Source: Octopus sinensis (taxonomy: Eukaryota). From it: a stretch of 64,000 bases of DNA. The notes beneath the pieces were generated by a model. The model saw nothing but the letters and a program-made list of their open reading frames with translations, did no database searches and had not been told where the DNA came from. The DNA lies in the NCBI RefSeq assembly GCF_006345805.1, contig NC_043003.1, positions 58,962,001-59,026,000 of the forward strand. The letters run 5' to 3'. How positions within the stretch are numbered: position 1 is the stretch's first letter; every line of letters begins with the position of its first letter. This document shows, in pieces, positions 35,961-49,297 of this stretch. The translations under genes and the position numbers were made by a program.

Positions 35961-36538
35961 GGAAATCCTATACGTTATTTTAACAGCATGGAAATGTGTG
36001 GTGCAGTAGTTTCTGCTATATGTTTTGGATTGCAATGTGAAATTCAAATGAAATCAATTTTATACATACAGACATACATACATCCCCCTCACACATACCT
36101 GTAAGCATGTGTATATGGCCTGAATATATTTTCAAGTTTCTCTGCGATATTACATTGATTACATTGGCCACTGTATTCAACTGGTCCTTATTTGAGCCAG
36201 AGCGTAAAGACGGGCCAAATGCCGATAAACGGCATTCTAACGATTCTTATTTCTTTTACTGCCCACAAGGGGCTAAACACAGAGGGGTCAAACAAGGACA
36301 GACAAATGAATTAAGTCGATTATATCGACCCCAGTGCATACATACACTCATACATACATACATGCATATATGTATGTATGAGTGTAGGTATGTGTGTATG
36401 TATCACGTATTTAAATACTGTAACTATTAAATGACATTTATCTGTAACTGAATGGAGTACTTTCTTATGATGATCCTACCTATATCGTAGCACTAAACTC
36501 TCTCTCGCTGTCTCTCTCCCTCTCCCCCTGTCTGTCTC

Positions 36539-36588
<50 letters not shown>

Positions 36589-36674
36589 TGGATGGAAAAA
36601 CGAAAGGGCTTGCGAAACTTGAAGTAGCACGGAATTCGAATTAATCTGTTTTTAATAATATACAGTATATGTAT

Positions 36675-36880
36675 ATAGTTGAAATTTATAGAAAATCAAA
36701 AGACGAAGACAGGTGTATGAACAATAAGCAAGTGTATTAATTTGACGGTCGGGAAAATGAAAAAGTCTTTCTACGTTTCGGCCTACGCTCTTCATCAGAA
36801 TCGAATGAGAAAATAAACAGAGGGAGAATGAAAAAACAACGTATAGATTTAGCTGTTAAGCACGGCGAATGATAATATGT
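36675..36880 (-). mobile_element. PLE pLTR-like family F copy with a hammerhead motif at ~36767-36802
   Basis: Minus strand: tt-ctgatga-a-gagc-gtag-gcc-gaaac-gta-gaaag (core intact, 1-nt deletion in stem II). Homologous to 12600-12775. Confidence 0.78.
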
Positions 36881-36905
36881 ATGTGAGTGTATTGTATATA
36901 TATAA

Positions 36906-36947
<42 letters not shown>

Positions 36948-37317
36948 ATATATATATAATATATAATCTATATATATATACATACCAATACACACATATA
37001 TGCGTACGTACCCCACATATATGATGAACGATCAATGACAAGATAAAGATATAAGAGGAACAATTTGAAACAAATATACATACGTGTGTATGTATGTATA
37101 TATGTGTATACTTGTGCCGACAAAAAACTGAAAAGATCAGTGCTTTAGGAAACATATATCAAGTTGCAGAATCTTGGGAACCGAACCAGAAACTATGTAG
37201 CTGTAAAAATCGCTTCTTAAGATCACGCCTATACATGCACCGGTAGACACTTTGTGTCACAGCACTGAAAACAATGTAAATATTTTGAGAGTCGAATGAA
37301 AATATCTCAATCGGAAT

Positions 37318-37535
37318 AGCGAGTGTGTTTAAGTAGCAGAATCGTTACCGCACCGAGCAAAAATGTTTAACGACATTTCGTCTGCTGTTATGTTCTGAGT
37401 TCAAATTTCGCCGACGTCGACTTTGCCTTTCATTCATTCGGAGTCGATGAAATGACTACCAGCTCAACATTGTGGTCATTGAGGTCGATTTAACCATTAC
37501 CTTGAAATTGCTGGCCTTGTGTCAAAATTTGAAAT
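37318..37535 (+). mobile_element. SINE family A subtype
   Basis: gcagaatcgttaccgcaccg...gttcaaatttcgccgacgtcgactttgcc...ccttgtgtcaaaatttgaaa. Confidence 0.82.
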
Positions 37536-37603
37536 CAATATACTAGAGCAAAATATGATGTTATATAAGTATCAAGATATGAAGCACAGCTTGAGGTGAA
37601 GGG

Positions 37604-37663
<60 letters not shown>

Positions 37664-39738
37664 ATATAATATATGAATATATACATATATATACCCATAC
37701 ATATATGTATATATACATACATATATATGATATATATATATACATACATATATATATATACATATATATGATATATGTATATATATATATAAAATCAAGG
37801 GTATCAAATATAAAATGTCCTCATTCAACATGATTTTCTAAAGATCTTATTCATATTGCCATGAATAACTGAATTTCATCTTTCATCCACATTTGTATTC
37901 ATGTCAAATCTAAATTTTTCGTTTTGGTATGGATTGAGTCAGCGAAGAGACATTCAGAGTAGTTGTTCCTTTCTCAGCTCAAACAGAATTCACAGTCTTT
38001 GAAATTTAACATCGAGACAGTACGAGCAAAAGCTAAATAATTCGACAAAAATATAAGCTTTCACAAAAATCTGTAGCAGATGTTGTGAAATGTTTCTTTC
38101 TTTCTTTATTATTCTATCAGCATTTGGTAACTTCTATTAATGTTATCAAACTATTTTCAGATATTATGTTGTCATGTGGAAATGAAAATGATGTATACAC
38201 ATATACGTATTCACTTAAAAATACATATATACACATAGACTATACATGCATACATACATACATACATACATACATACATACATACATACATACATACATA
38301 AATATATGTGTGTGTGTGTGTGTGTGTAAACGCAAAAATATACATGCACACACAACATAAATACATAATTTATCAGACAGGAATATAAAGTGAATAAGAC
38401 TTCGATGTCTCGCTAGCAACGGTAAAAATTATGTAAAAATGCATGTCTATCTATCTGTCTGCCTGCTTGCCTGCCTGTCTGTCTGTCTGTCTCACTGTCT
38501 GTCTGTCTGTCTGTATGTATGTATGTATGTATGTATGTATGTATGTATGTATGTATGTATGTATGTATGTATGTATGTATGTGTATGTGTGTGTGTATTT
38601 TTTCCGTTGATTATTTTATTTGTTTCAGTAATTTAACTGCGGCCATGCTGGATTATGTGTCTACATTTGTCTACGTATGTATGCGTGGGCGCGTATGTGC
38701 GTGCTTGTGAGCATGTGCATTGATATATGAAAGTGGAATACATATATATACATACGACATGACGTTGAATTTCTCTAAAATCGACATAACGGTACTGAAG
38801 GCGTAAGAGAAAATAAATATTTAGATTTTGTACATCTTCATTGCTCTTCAATTTAAAACTCAAACTTCTAATCCCGCCGTGATTGACCTAGAAGTGATTA
38901 TCTCCCTTAGAATAACTTCTCGCCAGGGCACGCCAAGTGTCGAAAAAGTCTTTTCTTCGGATAAATGCAAAGCGCCTTTTTTTGAGAAGACTGTGACAGT
39001 TACTTAGCAATTAAACTAATTAATAATACGACTATATAGGCCATGTGAATCACTAAACTAAATAATGCCAGGGACGATTCTTCGACCTTCTGCTTGAGAA
39101 GGATGAAATGAGCCCAAAATATTCCACATAATTACATTTTAGAGTTAAGCAATTGTAGCAGGTATAGTCGGTGATCAGTTAGAGACACTGTCTTTATCTA
39201 GGAGGAGTAGATGAATATAAGAATATTATGATGAGTAAGCAAGAGTTTCAATTCTTGGTTGAATTAAATTTCTTTCATTTTCATCCATAAGCCGTTTGTT
39301 GTACGAGTAAATATTACACATTTTCATAACTCGTACATATAAATTTACCACTGATATTTGAAGACATATCTAACAATGGGCACTAAGAGAAGATAACATC
39401 GGAATGTCAAGTTTTAATAAATGTATTAGTTTAACGCTTAAAAACAATGGAAAGCATTTCGACGTTTCAGACGCTAGTCCTTGATTTTAAAAAAATGAGA
39501 AAAGGTGGTGAGAGAAATAGAGTTGTGGGCCAAGATGCATGTTGATCTGCATCAAGAGCCAATGCCTTAAAATAACGTAACTATATTTATTAATTTATTG
39601 AAAGAATGCATACGATATACATTAATGGATGAAAGAAGATATATAATACTTGTCCAGGTATGCAATTTACTGTGATCCTTATAAGGAGTTATTCTATTTG
39701 TTCTCCTTGTTTGGTTTTTTAAAGTAAACATGGCATAC

Positions 39739-39868
39739 CATAGGCCGTAACGCTTTGATGGAATCGCAGGGGCATTGCTGCGACTTTCGTCATGTCTTGG
39801 ATATTTTAAACATGGCAGAGCCCATCTCACTCTAGGATTGACCACAGTCGATTTCCTCCGGAAGGGAA
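39739..39868 (-). CDS. Candidate 130-nt exon (PFRRKSTVVNPRVRWALPCLKYPRHDESRSNAPAIPSKRYGL), unknown protein
   Basis: Acceptor ctctttatatctctgaatcttag, donor ATG|gtatgc; ~50% GC in an AT-rich background; part of supplied ORF 39567..39845. Confidence 0.35.
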
Positions 39869-40257
39869 CTAAGATTCAGAGATATAAAGAGCTACAGAAG
39901 AAAAACAATTGATCCTAACATGACTGCTGCTTTCTCAATCAACACCGAATAAAGGAAAATTGAAGGTGACTTCAGCAGGATTTGCACTCACAGCGCAAAG
40001 AGCCGGAACGATTACTGCAACACAATTTTGCCGTGGCCTAAATATGACTCTGCCAGTTGGCCGTTGTAAGCAACCCAATTCATATGGAATTAGTGGCCAT
40101 TACATAAATGCTCTCCTGCAGTTAATCGGATGCTAGACTTATAGTAAAAACAAATGGCGTAATATATCTTTGCACTAACAGGCTTCTTGCTATTTACAAT
40201 GTTATTCATTTAATTAGTTCCTGGAATATATCGATGCTGTTATTATTTATTTTCAAG

Positions 40258-40369
40258 TCCGTCGCAAATGTGCGGACCTACACTCAAAGGCATACTAACC
40301 CTGGTTATTCTTTCCTTTCTTTTTGGTTTTGCTTTTAAAAGTAGTGTTATAGTTAGTCTACATTACTCT
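40258..40369 (+). CDS. Candidate 112-nt exon (PSQMCGPTLKGILTLVILSFLFGFAFKSSVIVSLHYS), possibly transmembrane
   Basis: Acceptor ttattatttattttcaag, donor TCT|gtaagt; phase-compatible with 27062-27111. Confidence 0.3.
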
Positions 40370-40384
40370 GTAAGTAGCATGGGC

Positions 40385-40590
40385 TCGCTTTCCCGGTTTC
40401 TCTGGCGTGTATATTCCTCACTGGACGGACGTCGACCCGTCGCAGGAATACTCACTTTCACCAGCAGTGTGCAACGTGAAATGAAGTGATTTGCTCAAGA
40501 GTACAACGCGTCGCCCGGTACAGGAATCGAAATCACAATCATACGATCATGAATCCGACACCCTATCCACTAAGCCATGCGTCTCATGTA
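40385..40590 (-). mobile_element. SINE family B variant
   Basis: Reverse complement has the head gcatggcttagtggatagggtg...gatttcgattcc, cttgagcaaatcacttcatttcacgttg and a V-domain-like tail. Confidence 0.8.
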
Positions 40591-41149
40591 GTGCAATCAG
40601 CGCTAATCATCCATCGTGTTCTTTGTCAAGCAATCTAAGGAGAGACTTTAAGTTTTTTTTTTTATTTACGATTTCTAGCAGATCGAGAGTAACTACCTAG
40701 TGAATTCCCTTCATTGGAATAATTCTATAAATGTATAAGAACAGGTAGTATTGTCATTTGTGACAGGTATTCTTTTATCGAAGAATAAAAGTTGGGTTAT
40801 TCTTTCACAAGCAGAGATATAAACAAATATTCAGCAAAAATCACTCAACGTAAAAGTATTGATTCCTTTTACTACTAGCACAAAATTACATCCCCTTTAA
40901 CATCGTCTGAGTTTTCATTACTGTTATGATATGAACATTACTGGAAAGATAGAGAAAAAAAAACGTGTTCTAAAACTAACCTTCCCATTAAGAGCCTGGA
41001 AATACTTTAGATTCGAAAGATTGCAGAATTTCTACAAAGTTCAGTCTATATCTACAATACTGAGCTGCTCTTATAAGTAGGACTGTACAACCTATACATA
41101 TAAAAATACTCCAAATACGCCAAAGATTCCCATACGAATTATTAGCAAG

Positions 41150-41380
41150 AACCCTCTTTACCCTGTTTTTCCTGTTCTGACTTGAACAGTCTCAGCCTTT
41201 AAACCCATCCAACACATTCTGTGCCTCTCCTCTCTCCTACACAGCACAGCACTAACTCCTAAGCCGCTTCCTTTTTCTGTTGAAACATCCGTTCTTTGGA
41301 ATTCGTTACCCAATCAGTTTTTCTCTGTAGTCTTCCGCTTACAGGTGCTCAAGGTTGACATCTACGGTGTCTTGACAGAC
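41150..41380 (+). mobile_element. Highly decayed CR1/Jockey-group LINE 3' end
   Basis: Remnant ETSVLWNSLP (gaaacatccgttctttggaattcgttaccc). Confidence 0.45.
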
Positions 41381-44300
41381 TCTGAATTTCCTGAAAAAAA
41401 AACAGCATCATAAAATTAATTATGGAAGGGTCAGCATTGATCGAGCAGACACATTATCCAACGCGTTCTAGCCATGATTATTTCATCTTAGCTTTGATGA
41501 TAACATTATGTAATTCACCCTGATTCTATTAAGTCTGTAGAGTACTATTTTTTACGCGTCAGGCAAACCGCAAATGGGTTTTCTCGATTGTAACGAAAAC
41601 AGTGCGATACATACACACACACACACATATATATATATGTATGTATATGTATGTATACACACACACATATATATAAATGTGTATGTATATATAATGGCTG
41701 AAATAGTGTTTAATCCTCTGGTCTATAACTGACGAAGAATTGGTGACCTTCTGTGTTGTCTGTCCGTCTGTGTATTTAGTATATTTTCGCTTGTTTATTT
41801 ACTACACGTTTTTTAAAAAAATTATATATATATAGGTGAGTCATATTTCCCGTTTGTTGTCTTTTTATTTAATCCTGAAAGGAAAATATCTATTGATAGA
41901 TGTGCAATAGAGTATATGTGAAATATATAACGTTTTCTATCGAGCCCTTATTTAAACTATAATAGAACAGTAAAGAGATGTCACTCATGAAACACTGCTT
42001 TGTCATCTTTTCATTTCCTGAAAAATTCTTGGCTTGATAAATTAGTTATGGCTTTCTTTCCGGTGCACCAGTATTTGCTGTAATGTTATTTAGTACGATT
42101 GCTACCTGCTGACGTAGATCAACATGAGTATTTTCTAATGCTCGTGATTATCTTAAATTTATGATGTAGGTCAATGTGTGACATTTTTATTTCTAACAAA
42201 TGGCTTACTAATATAAGTGAAAGAAACTTAATTCAACTGGGATTTGAAATCGAACCCAGAAATTTAATTCTTGCTGATCTGGGATCAACTTCTCTAAGTG
42301 CCATATTCTAAGCAGTTTATTTACGAATTTATTGTTGTTGTTCGGGAAAATTTAAAAAAATGAATATTGTTAGGCTATTTTGTTTTACTTGAGAATGCAC
42401 AAAGAAAAAAAAAATCTGTTAAATAGAAAATTCGAAGAGTTTTATAATTTGAATTAGCTGCAATAGTTTCAAATTTAGCGTTAATCAGACAATCAAAACA
42501 TCGTACATCTGCTGCCTCTCAGAGATCACTTGTTTTATTTTAAGATTAGCATAAGTCTGGCAAACTTCACCATTCTGTTTCTTTAGCCATCGCCTAATTT
42601 CTTAGCATAAAATGCAATTCTAAAACTGAATTATTTCTTTCCTACACCTTGAAAAGCAAAATCCCGAACCTACTTAAGTACCATACAAGCGTTTATTCAT
42701 GTGATGTCGATTTAATTAGCTGTGTATATCAAGCACTTTGCATATGCTTAGCCCTTATCTATATTAAGCACGTTTGTATGCTACTTTGAGCATCATATTT
42801 AGTATTGCTTGTGATCCCTGATTAATTATCTACAAAAGACTTCAGGCACTGTTAACTCTCACAACAACTTTTACCACTGTCACCACTTGCTTTTCATATT
42901 CTCACACTTTCAGTCTTTTCATTATTCAAATGTCATAATTGTGTTTAGAGCCTGCAGCTTACAGTGCGAAGGAGCTCACCTCAAACGAGAGTTTCATTCC
43001 TATTCATAATACTTCATTAGGAAGAAGTATATTGCAAAATAGTAAAAAGAAAGAAAAGAAAGAAGAAAAAGAATAGAGAGAAAGGGATAAAGCTAGCCAG
43101 GAAAATAATACAAGTGAAAGATACAAGCAAAAACATAAAACGGAAAGAAAGATCTAAAAAAAAAAGAGAATGAATGAAACAGTTGAAAGAAATAACATTT
43201 ATCTTCAAAGTTATTTTCTAAGTATTCTATTGCTGTGGTTTATATAAATCATAAATGACGGAAAGAAGTGTTTTCCGTTAATTGACAACTAGTATTACGC
43301 TTTTATATTATGTCACCAGTGGCATATTTGCTATGAATGTGTTGAGACTACAGTCACAATATTCGACCAAACGCAAGTTCTTTATTAGGAAACACAAAGT
43401 GAAACAGTTAGTGCTTATGAAATGTAACAGTGAAACTTTAAATCAACTTCTTCGAATTGGGTAGAGCGAGTTCAATACGGGAAGCGTTGTCTCATACATC
43501 TTTATGTGTTATTTTCAAGAGAATATCCTAGAGGTAACTATTGGTATAACATCTAACTGCGATCAGTGGTTGAAACACACCTGAATGTACTTCAGACAGA
43601 TCAGAAGACTTCATTAAATTAGGTTAACAAATGCAGAATATGCCCTCGGCTCTTCCACTGAGTTCGTTTGCTGCTTATTTAATCTTTCTTGCAGAATAGA
43701 TATTCTATATATGAACTAAATGGCTGAAAGCCCAATCATCTGACGATGCATTTTGAAGAGTAGATAAACTAAAGCAGTAAATGATATTTTATTCAAAGAA
43801 TAAAACCCAAGGATTGGACACAATGAAAGAACAAACTCGAAAATTTAGACAAAGGGCTCAAGGAAGCCTAGGCATTGTTTTCTTCGTTTTGGTGTTACTC
43901 TTTTAAACGGAGAATCCTAACATGAGTTGCCCAGAGGATGGAAAACCAATTAAATTCATATTTGTTCTGAAAATAAGGATCGTCCGCTTCATGGCTTTAT
44001 GATTGTCATCAGCCAAGGATGAATTTATAATTTGTGAAATTTTCTAGGAGATTTTCAAGGAGAAATTACGACTAAACATTTGTTTATCAATAATAGACGT
44101 GACTGTTGCTCCAAATGTTTAGTGAAACTTATTTTGTGCACGCATATTCTCTTGTTGTTGTTATTGTTGTTGTCGGTTTTTCTTTTCTTGTTACAACTAT
44201 GTCTATTGTTAATATTCTCATTGTTAAGCCACCGCACAATATATGTTTATATATAACATGTAATTTTATTATATAATATTTTAACGAAACAAAACTAATA

Positions 44301-44610
44301 TTCGAATAAAAATAATGTTGAAACTAGACGAATAAAAAGTATAAAAATTACTCACTATATTTTTAAATATGTATGTATGCATGTATGCAGGTATGCATGA
44401 ACGAATGAGTGCATGTATGTATGTATGTATGTATGTATGTATGTATGTATGTATGTATGTATGTATGTATGTATGTATGTATATGTTTATATGTATATAT
44501 ATATGTAATCATATATATCAATTATTATACCTATCTATCTATCTATGTAGAAATATATAAATGCATGTGTATATGTCTATATATGTGTATTATATCATAT
44601 ATATATATAT

Positions 44611-46179
44611 GTTAGTTAGTTAGTTAATTTGGCTCAAAAGCAAATAGCAAGGCCATGTAGGGGGACATGGAGTTAAGTACAGGGTGGTGTTCATGTAAAG
44701 AGTTCAGGCCACTTGAGGTCCAGGGAGGCTTTGAACAAAGCGGTCGTCGGCATCTTCACCATCTCGTCTGGCAGCTTGTTCCACGGATCCGCAACCCGGA
44801 CGGAGAAAGCTCCTCTCCTTCGATTGAGATGAAATCGTCGCAGGTAGAGCTTTTCGGAATGACCCCGCAGCCGACGCTCTGGAGCAGGAGTGAAGAACAG
44901 CTCTTTCGAGAGGTTACGCTTTCCGCTTATAATGTTGTGGGCGAGAATGAGATCACCACGGCGGCGGCGTTTTTCAAGAGAATAAAGGTCGAGCGTCCTC
45001 AGCCTTTCTTCGTAGGACAAATTTTTGAGACCATGAACCATGCGGGTAGCCAGCTTCTGGACTCTTTCGAGATGCTGTATGTCTTTGAGGAGATAAGGAG
45101 AAGAGGCTTGAATCCCATACTCCATATGGGTCTCACCAGCGTGACATAGAGTGGTAGGAATATGGCTGCTGTGAGCATTCCGAATGACCGTCGAATCAAG
45201 AACAGAATTCCGCGTGCTTTGTTGGCGGCATGGACGCACTGGGCCGAAGGCGAAAAGGAGGAATCCACCAAGATACTCAGGTCCTTTACCTGATCGGTCC
45301 TCTCCAGCAGCAGACGACCCGGCTCGAAATCAAGTTGAGTTGCAGGAGTAGAGCCGACAGGCAGATGACAGCACTTTGACACGTTCAGACACAGGTCCCA
45401 ATCGTTAGGCCACTTCCAAATTTGGTGGAGGCATCGACGAAGATCCTCTATATTACCGCGAGGAGCGACCAGTTTGATATCGTCGGCAAATAGAAGGTGT
45501 GTGTTGCGTGAGGTCGTCGGGCAAGTCATTTATGAAGACTAAGAACAACAAGGGCCCAAGCACTGAACCTTGAGGCACGCCACTGCTCGCACTGGAGACG
45601 TCGGACCGCGAACCATTAACTTGGACTTGGAAGGAGCGATCTGAGAGGAAGGCACCAACCCATCGTATAATATCCGGATGGAAACTATATGCTTGAAGCT
45701 TGACAAGTAATAGGCGGTGGTTTACCGAGTCAAAAGCTTTGGCAAAGTCCAATAAAACGATGTCAACAGCATCACTATCATCGAGGATGCGCGTCACCAA
45801 TTCTTCCATTACTAGTAAGTTGGTCAAGCATGATCTCTTCGGCACGAAGCCGTGTTGGGAATCAGAGATAGAGGCTGTGTTTAGGAGGTGGAGCATCATA
45901 CTTTTCTTAAGGATGGTTTCGAACATCTTGCTGATTATTGATGTAAGGAAACCGGTCGGTAGTTAAGCGGGTCTTCGCGGCTCCCTTTCTTGAAAATTGG
46001 GCAGATTATCGCTGTTCTCCAGTCTGCAGGTATAACACCCGTCGCCAATGACATATTGAATAGTCGTGTTAAGGGCTCGCAGATGACCGGAGCCAACGCT
46101 TTGATAACCCGTGGGTGTATGCCGTCAGGGCCGTGACCCTTGTTGACATCGAGGCCTTGAATAACACGTTTGACTTCGT
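44611..46179 (-). mobile_element. Young, 5'-truncated CR1-group LINE (RT domain to 3' end), (CTAA)n tail, inserted in a TA tract
   Basis: GPDGIHPRV; NYRPVSL; QHGFVPKRSCLTNL; DFAKAFDSV; GVPQGSVLGPLLFLVFIND; LFADDIKL; LYSLEKRRRRGDLI; FSVRVADPWNKLP. Only ~3 single-base frameshifts and no stops seen. Confidence 0.96.
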
Positions 46180-46228
46180 ATATATATATATATATAGCCT
46201 ATTGCGTTTACATTATGCGTATGTTATA

Positions 46229-46435
46229 GGGCGACGAGCTGGCAGAATCGTAGGCACGCCGGGCGGAATGCTAAGCCGTATTTCGGCTTTCTGAGTTCAA
46301 ATTCCGCTGAGGCCGACTTTGCCTTTCAACCTTTCGGGGTCGATAAATTAAGTACCTGTTGCGTACTGGGGTCGATCTGATCGACTGGCACCCTCCCCAG
46401 AAATTTCGGACCTTGTGCCTAAAGTAAAAAAGATT
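46229..46435 (+). mobile_element. SINE family A
   Basis: Full head, B-box and tail. Confidence 0.9.
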
Positions 46436-46462
46436 ATGTGTATATTGATGTAAATATGGTAA

Positions 46463-46665
46463 GGCGGCGAGCTGGCAGAATCGTTAGCACGCCGGGCGAA
46501 ATGCTTATCAGTATGTCCGGTTCTGAGTTCAAATTTTGCCGAGGCCGTCTTTGCTTTCATCCTTTCGGGATCGATAAATGAAGTGCCAGTTGAGTACTGG
46601 GGTCGATGTAATCGACTGACTCCCTCCCCGAAAATATCGGGTTTTGTGCCTAGAGTAGAAAAGAT
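46463..46665 (+). mobile_element. SINE family A with TSD
   Basis: TSD tgtaaatatRgta at 46449-46461 and 46669-46681. Confidence 0.9.
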
Positions 46666-46832
46666 TTGTGTAAATATAGTACTGCTTTACTAGGTCAACA
46701 CCATATCTATCCAAAACCATAACATTTTTTTCGTGAAAAGGGTTATCCAAAGCCTATATAAATGCTTCTCGTCTACATTTGGTAATGGTTTATCGAAACC
46801 TTTAGTGATCCGAAGTTTTAATGGCGCAATAG

Positions 46833-47040
46833 TGAGCACGCCTGGCTTCACGTTCTGAGTTCAAATCTCGTTGAGGTCGACTTTGCTTTTCATTCTTTCG
46901 GTTTCGACAAAATAAGTACCAGTTAAGTGTTGCAGTCAATGTAATCGACTATCCTCCTCTCCCAAATTTCAGGCCTTCTGCCCATAGTAGAAAGGACTGG
47001 CAGAATCGTTAGCATGCCGGACGAAATGATTAGCGGTAAC
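46833..47040 (+). mobile_element. SINE family A (5'-deleted) followed by another family A head
   Basis: cacgttctgagttcaaatctcg...gtagaaaggac then tggcagaatcgttagcatgccggacgaaatg. Confidence 0.8.
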
Positions 47041-47183
47041 GGCTGTTCAACATAGCACCACAAGTTAACAATACTCGTACGTTAGACGAGTGCATACAGA
47101 CCGGTTTCCCTGGACATAAGAACGTACGAAATGCCGCGATGCATTTTGTCCAGCGTGCTAACGATTCTGCGAACTCGCTGCCT

Positions 47184-47232
<49 letters not shown>

Positions 47233-47315
47233 AATGACGATGACGATGACGACGACGACGACGATGGCGGTAGCGGCGGCGGCGGTGGTGGTGGTGGTGG
47301 TGGTGGTGGTGATGA
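47184..47315. repeat. (GAT)/(GAC)/(GGT) compound triplet repeat
   Basis: Direct reading. Confidence 0.93.
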
Positions 47316-47383
47316 TGTATTATGGAGATGTACTTGCATAGCAAATGACCTGATCTGAGATTGTGTGCTGGAACGAAAACAAG

Positions 47384-47572
47384 TGCAGCGTGGAAGGTAT
47401 TTATAAGCCATTTAAGAAACACACAAAGAGATGCAGCACGGAATTTTGTCAGTGAACAGGTCGCGGTCTCAAAGCGACGAAAATATTTTGGCAAATTAAA
47501 TTTAAATGTTGAAGTGAATCTAACGATTTTTGTGTGTTTCTTAAATGGCTTTTAAACACCTTCCACGCTTCA
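47384..47572. mobile_element. MITE-like element, ~40-bp terminal inverted repeats
   Basis: gcgtggaaggtatttataagccatttaagaaacacacaaa (47388-47427) vs tttgtgtgtttcttaaatggcttttaaacaccttccacgc (47529-47568): 38/40 complementary. Confidence 0.8.
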
Positions 47573-47725
47573 ATAATTACATACATCGATCTAAAACAAC
47601 AGGAATACTAAAGGAAGGCCGGATTTTAAGAGAAGAGAAAACCAAGAGGTCTCATGCTAATTAATAAAAAAAATTCCTGAGTAGAACTTATTATTATTAC
47701 CTCCGCCTTTGAAACTACTGGGCCA

Positions 47726-47966
<241 letters not shown>

Positions 47967-48450
47967 GTGAGAGAGCAGTGCATGCCATCAAAGTGACACT
48001 GGGGTAAAATATACGAAGCCCAGTATACCTATCATGACTACCCCTCTGTTAAGAGTACACCAGGCACATGCATCACGACTATATGTTCGCGACATGGTGA
48101 TCTCATATAAAGATAAACAGCAGATGGGGGTCCAGTTAGAATTTTCTTCAGATCAAGAAGCCGACCTTGCTCAAAAGATCTCTGAATAAGGATTGTTTAA
48201 AGATGTTTCCAAAGGTGAATTATTCAAACACCAAAAGAATTCTTCGGAACACATGGCTATGATTCCCCCTGTGATGCCAGTAAGGGACATGCTCAGCTGG
48301 TTATGGTCAAACAATAGACAAGCAAATCTGTGAAAATTAAGCAGAATATATGCTGTAGCCCATCATTTATACCAAGACAAAACAATATACATGATAACAC
48401 TTCCAATCATCAGGTAAGATCGGAAGCCATGGGAGCCGCTGCCTGGTATT
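47967..48450 (-). mobile_element. Retroposon family G with an (AAT)n tail
   Basis: Shares an internal block with 11770-11950; abuts the triplet tail. Confidence 0.7.
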
Positions 48451-48549
48451 AATTGTTGTTATTATTATTATACTGGTTGCTAACAAATGCACAAGACCAC
48501 CAATTTTGAGGCAAGAGAACAAATAATATTATCGATTCAGTTCCATATT

Positions 48550-48730
48550 TAAGAGATGAGGAATTATGTACATTATTTACATTATTTACATTTGACGGAT
48601 ATTTGTTCTCATCTTGTTTGTTGCTAACACAATGTTTCAGCTAATATACCCTTCAGCCTTCATCAGGTGTCTTAGGGAAATTTCGAACCTGGGTTCTCAT
48701 TCCTAAGATATTTCGATGTTATTATTATTA
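48550..48730 (-). mobile_element. Short repeat carrying a B-box-like motif and a minimal hammerhead motif (48627-48670)
   Basis: Minus strand: ggttcgaaatttccc...acac-ctgatga-a-ggctg-aagggtatat-tagct-gaaac-att-gtgt. Confidence 0.6.
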
Positions 48731-48906
48731 TCCATTGCTGCATGTAATTGATAACTGATACTATACTTAATCGAAGGATAATCTTAAAAAGCAAAATGAA
48801 CCTCAATAATTTTCTCCGAACTTAAAGGAACATTATATTACGCAGTAAAGCATTTTCTGCTGACGTAAGGAGAGAAATTTAGAGAGTAGACAAGAGATTA
48901 TATGCA

Positions 48907-48962
48907 CTTGATTGACGTGACTTGATTGACGTGATTGATTGACGTGACTAATTGATGTGACT
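48907..48962. repeat. 13-14 bp tandem repeat x4 (cttgattgacgtga) containing three TGACGTGA motifs
   Basis: Direct reading. Confidence 0.9.
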
Positions 48963-49121
48963 GGTATTCATCTTTTTTTTCGCAGAAGGATAAAAGTGAC
49001 TAATAGTGCAATAAACTAATACATACTTTTACCAAACGATGATAATAATGAATATGATTAAGATTCAGGCTATAATCACAGCCAAGTATCCTATATAAGG
49101 TTTTGTTTTTAATTTAATAAC

Positions 49122-49235
<114 letters not shown>

Positions 49236-49261
49236 TATCTCCCGTCTATATATATATATAT

Positions 49262-49297
<36 letters not shown>

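Noticed and set aside
42945-43070. Open frame EPAAYSAKELTSNESF...KKKEKKEEKE after an AG
   Set aside because: Much of the openness comes from a purine-rich low-complexity run; no independent support.
48907-48962. Short direct repeats as a CRISPR-like array
   Set aside because: No unique spacers, eukaryotic context and no cas genes.
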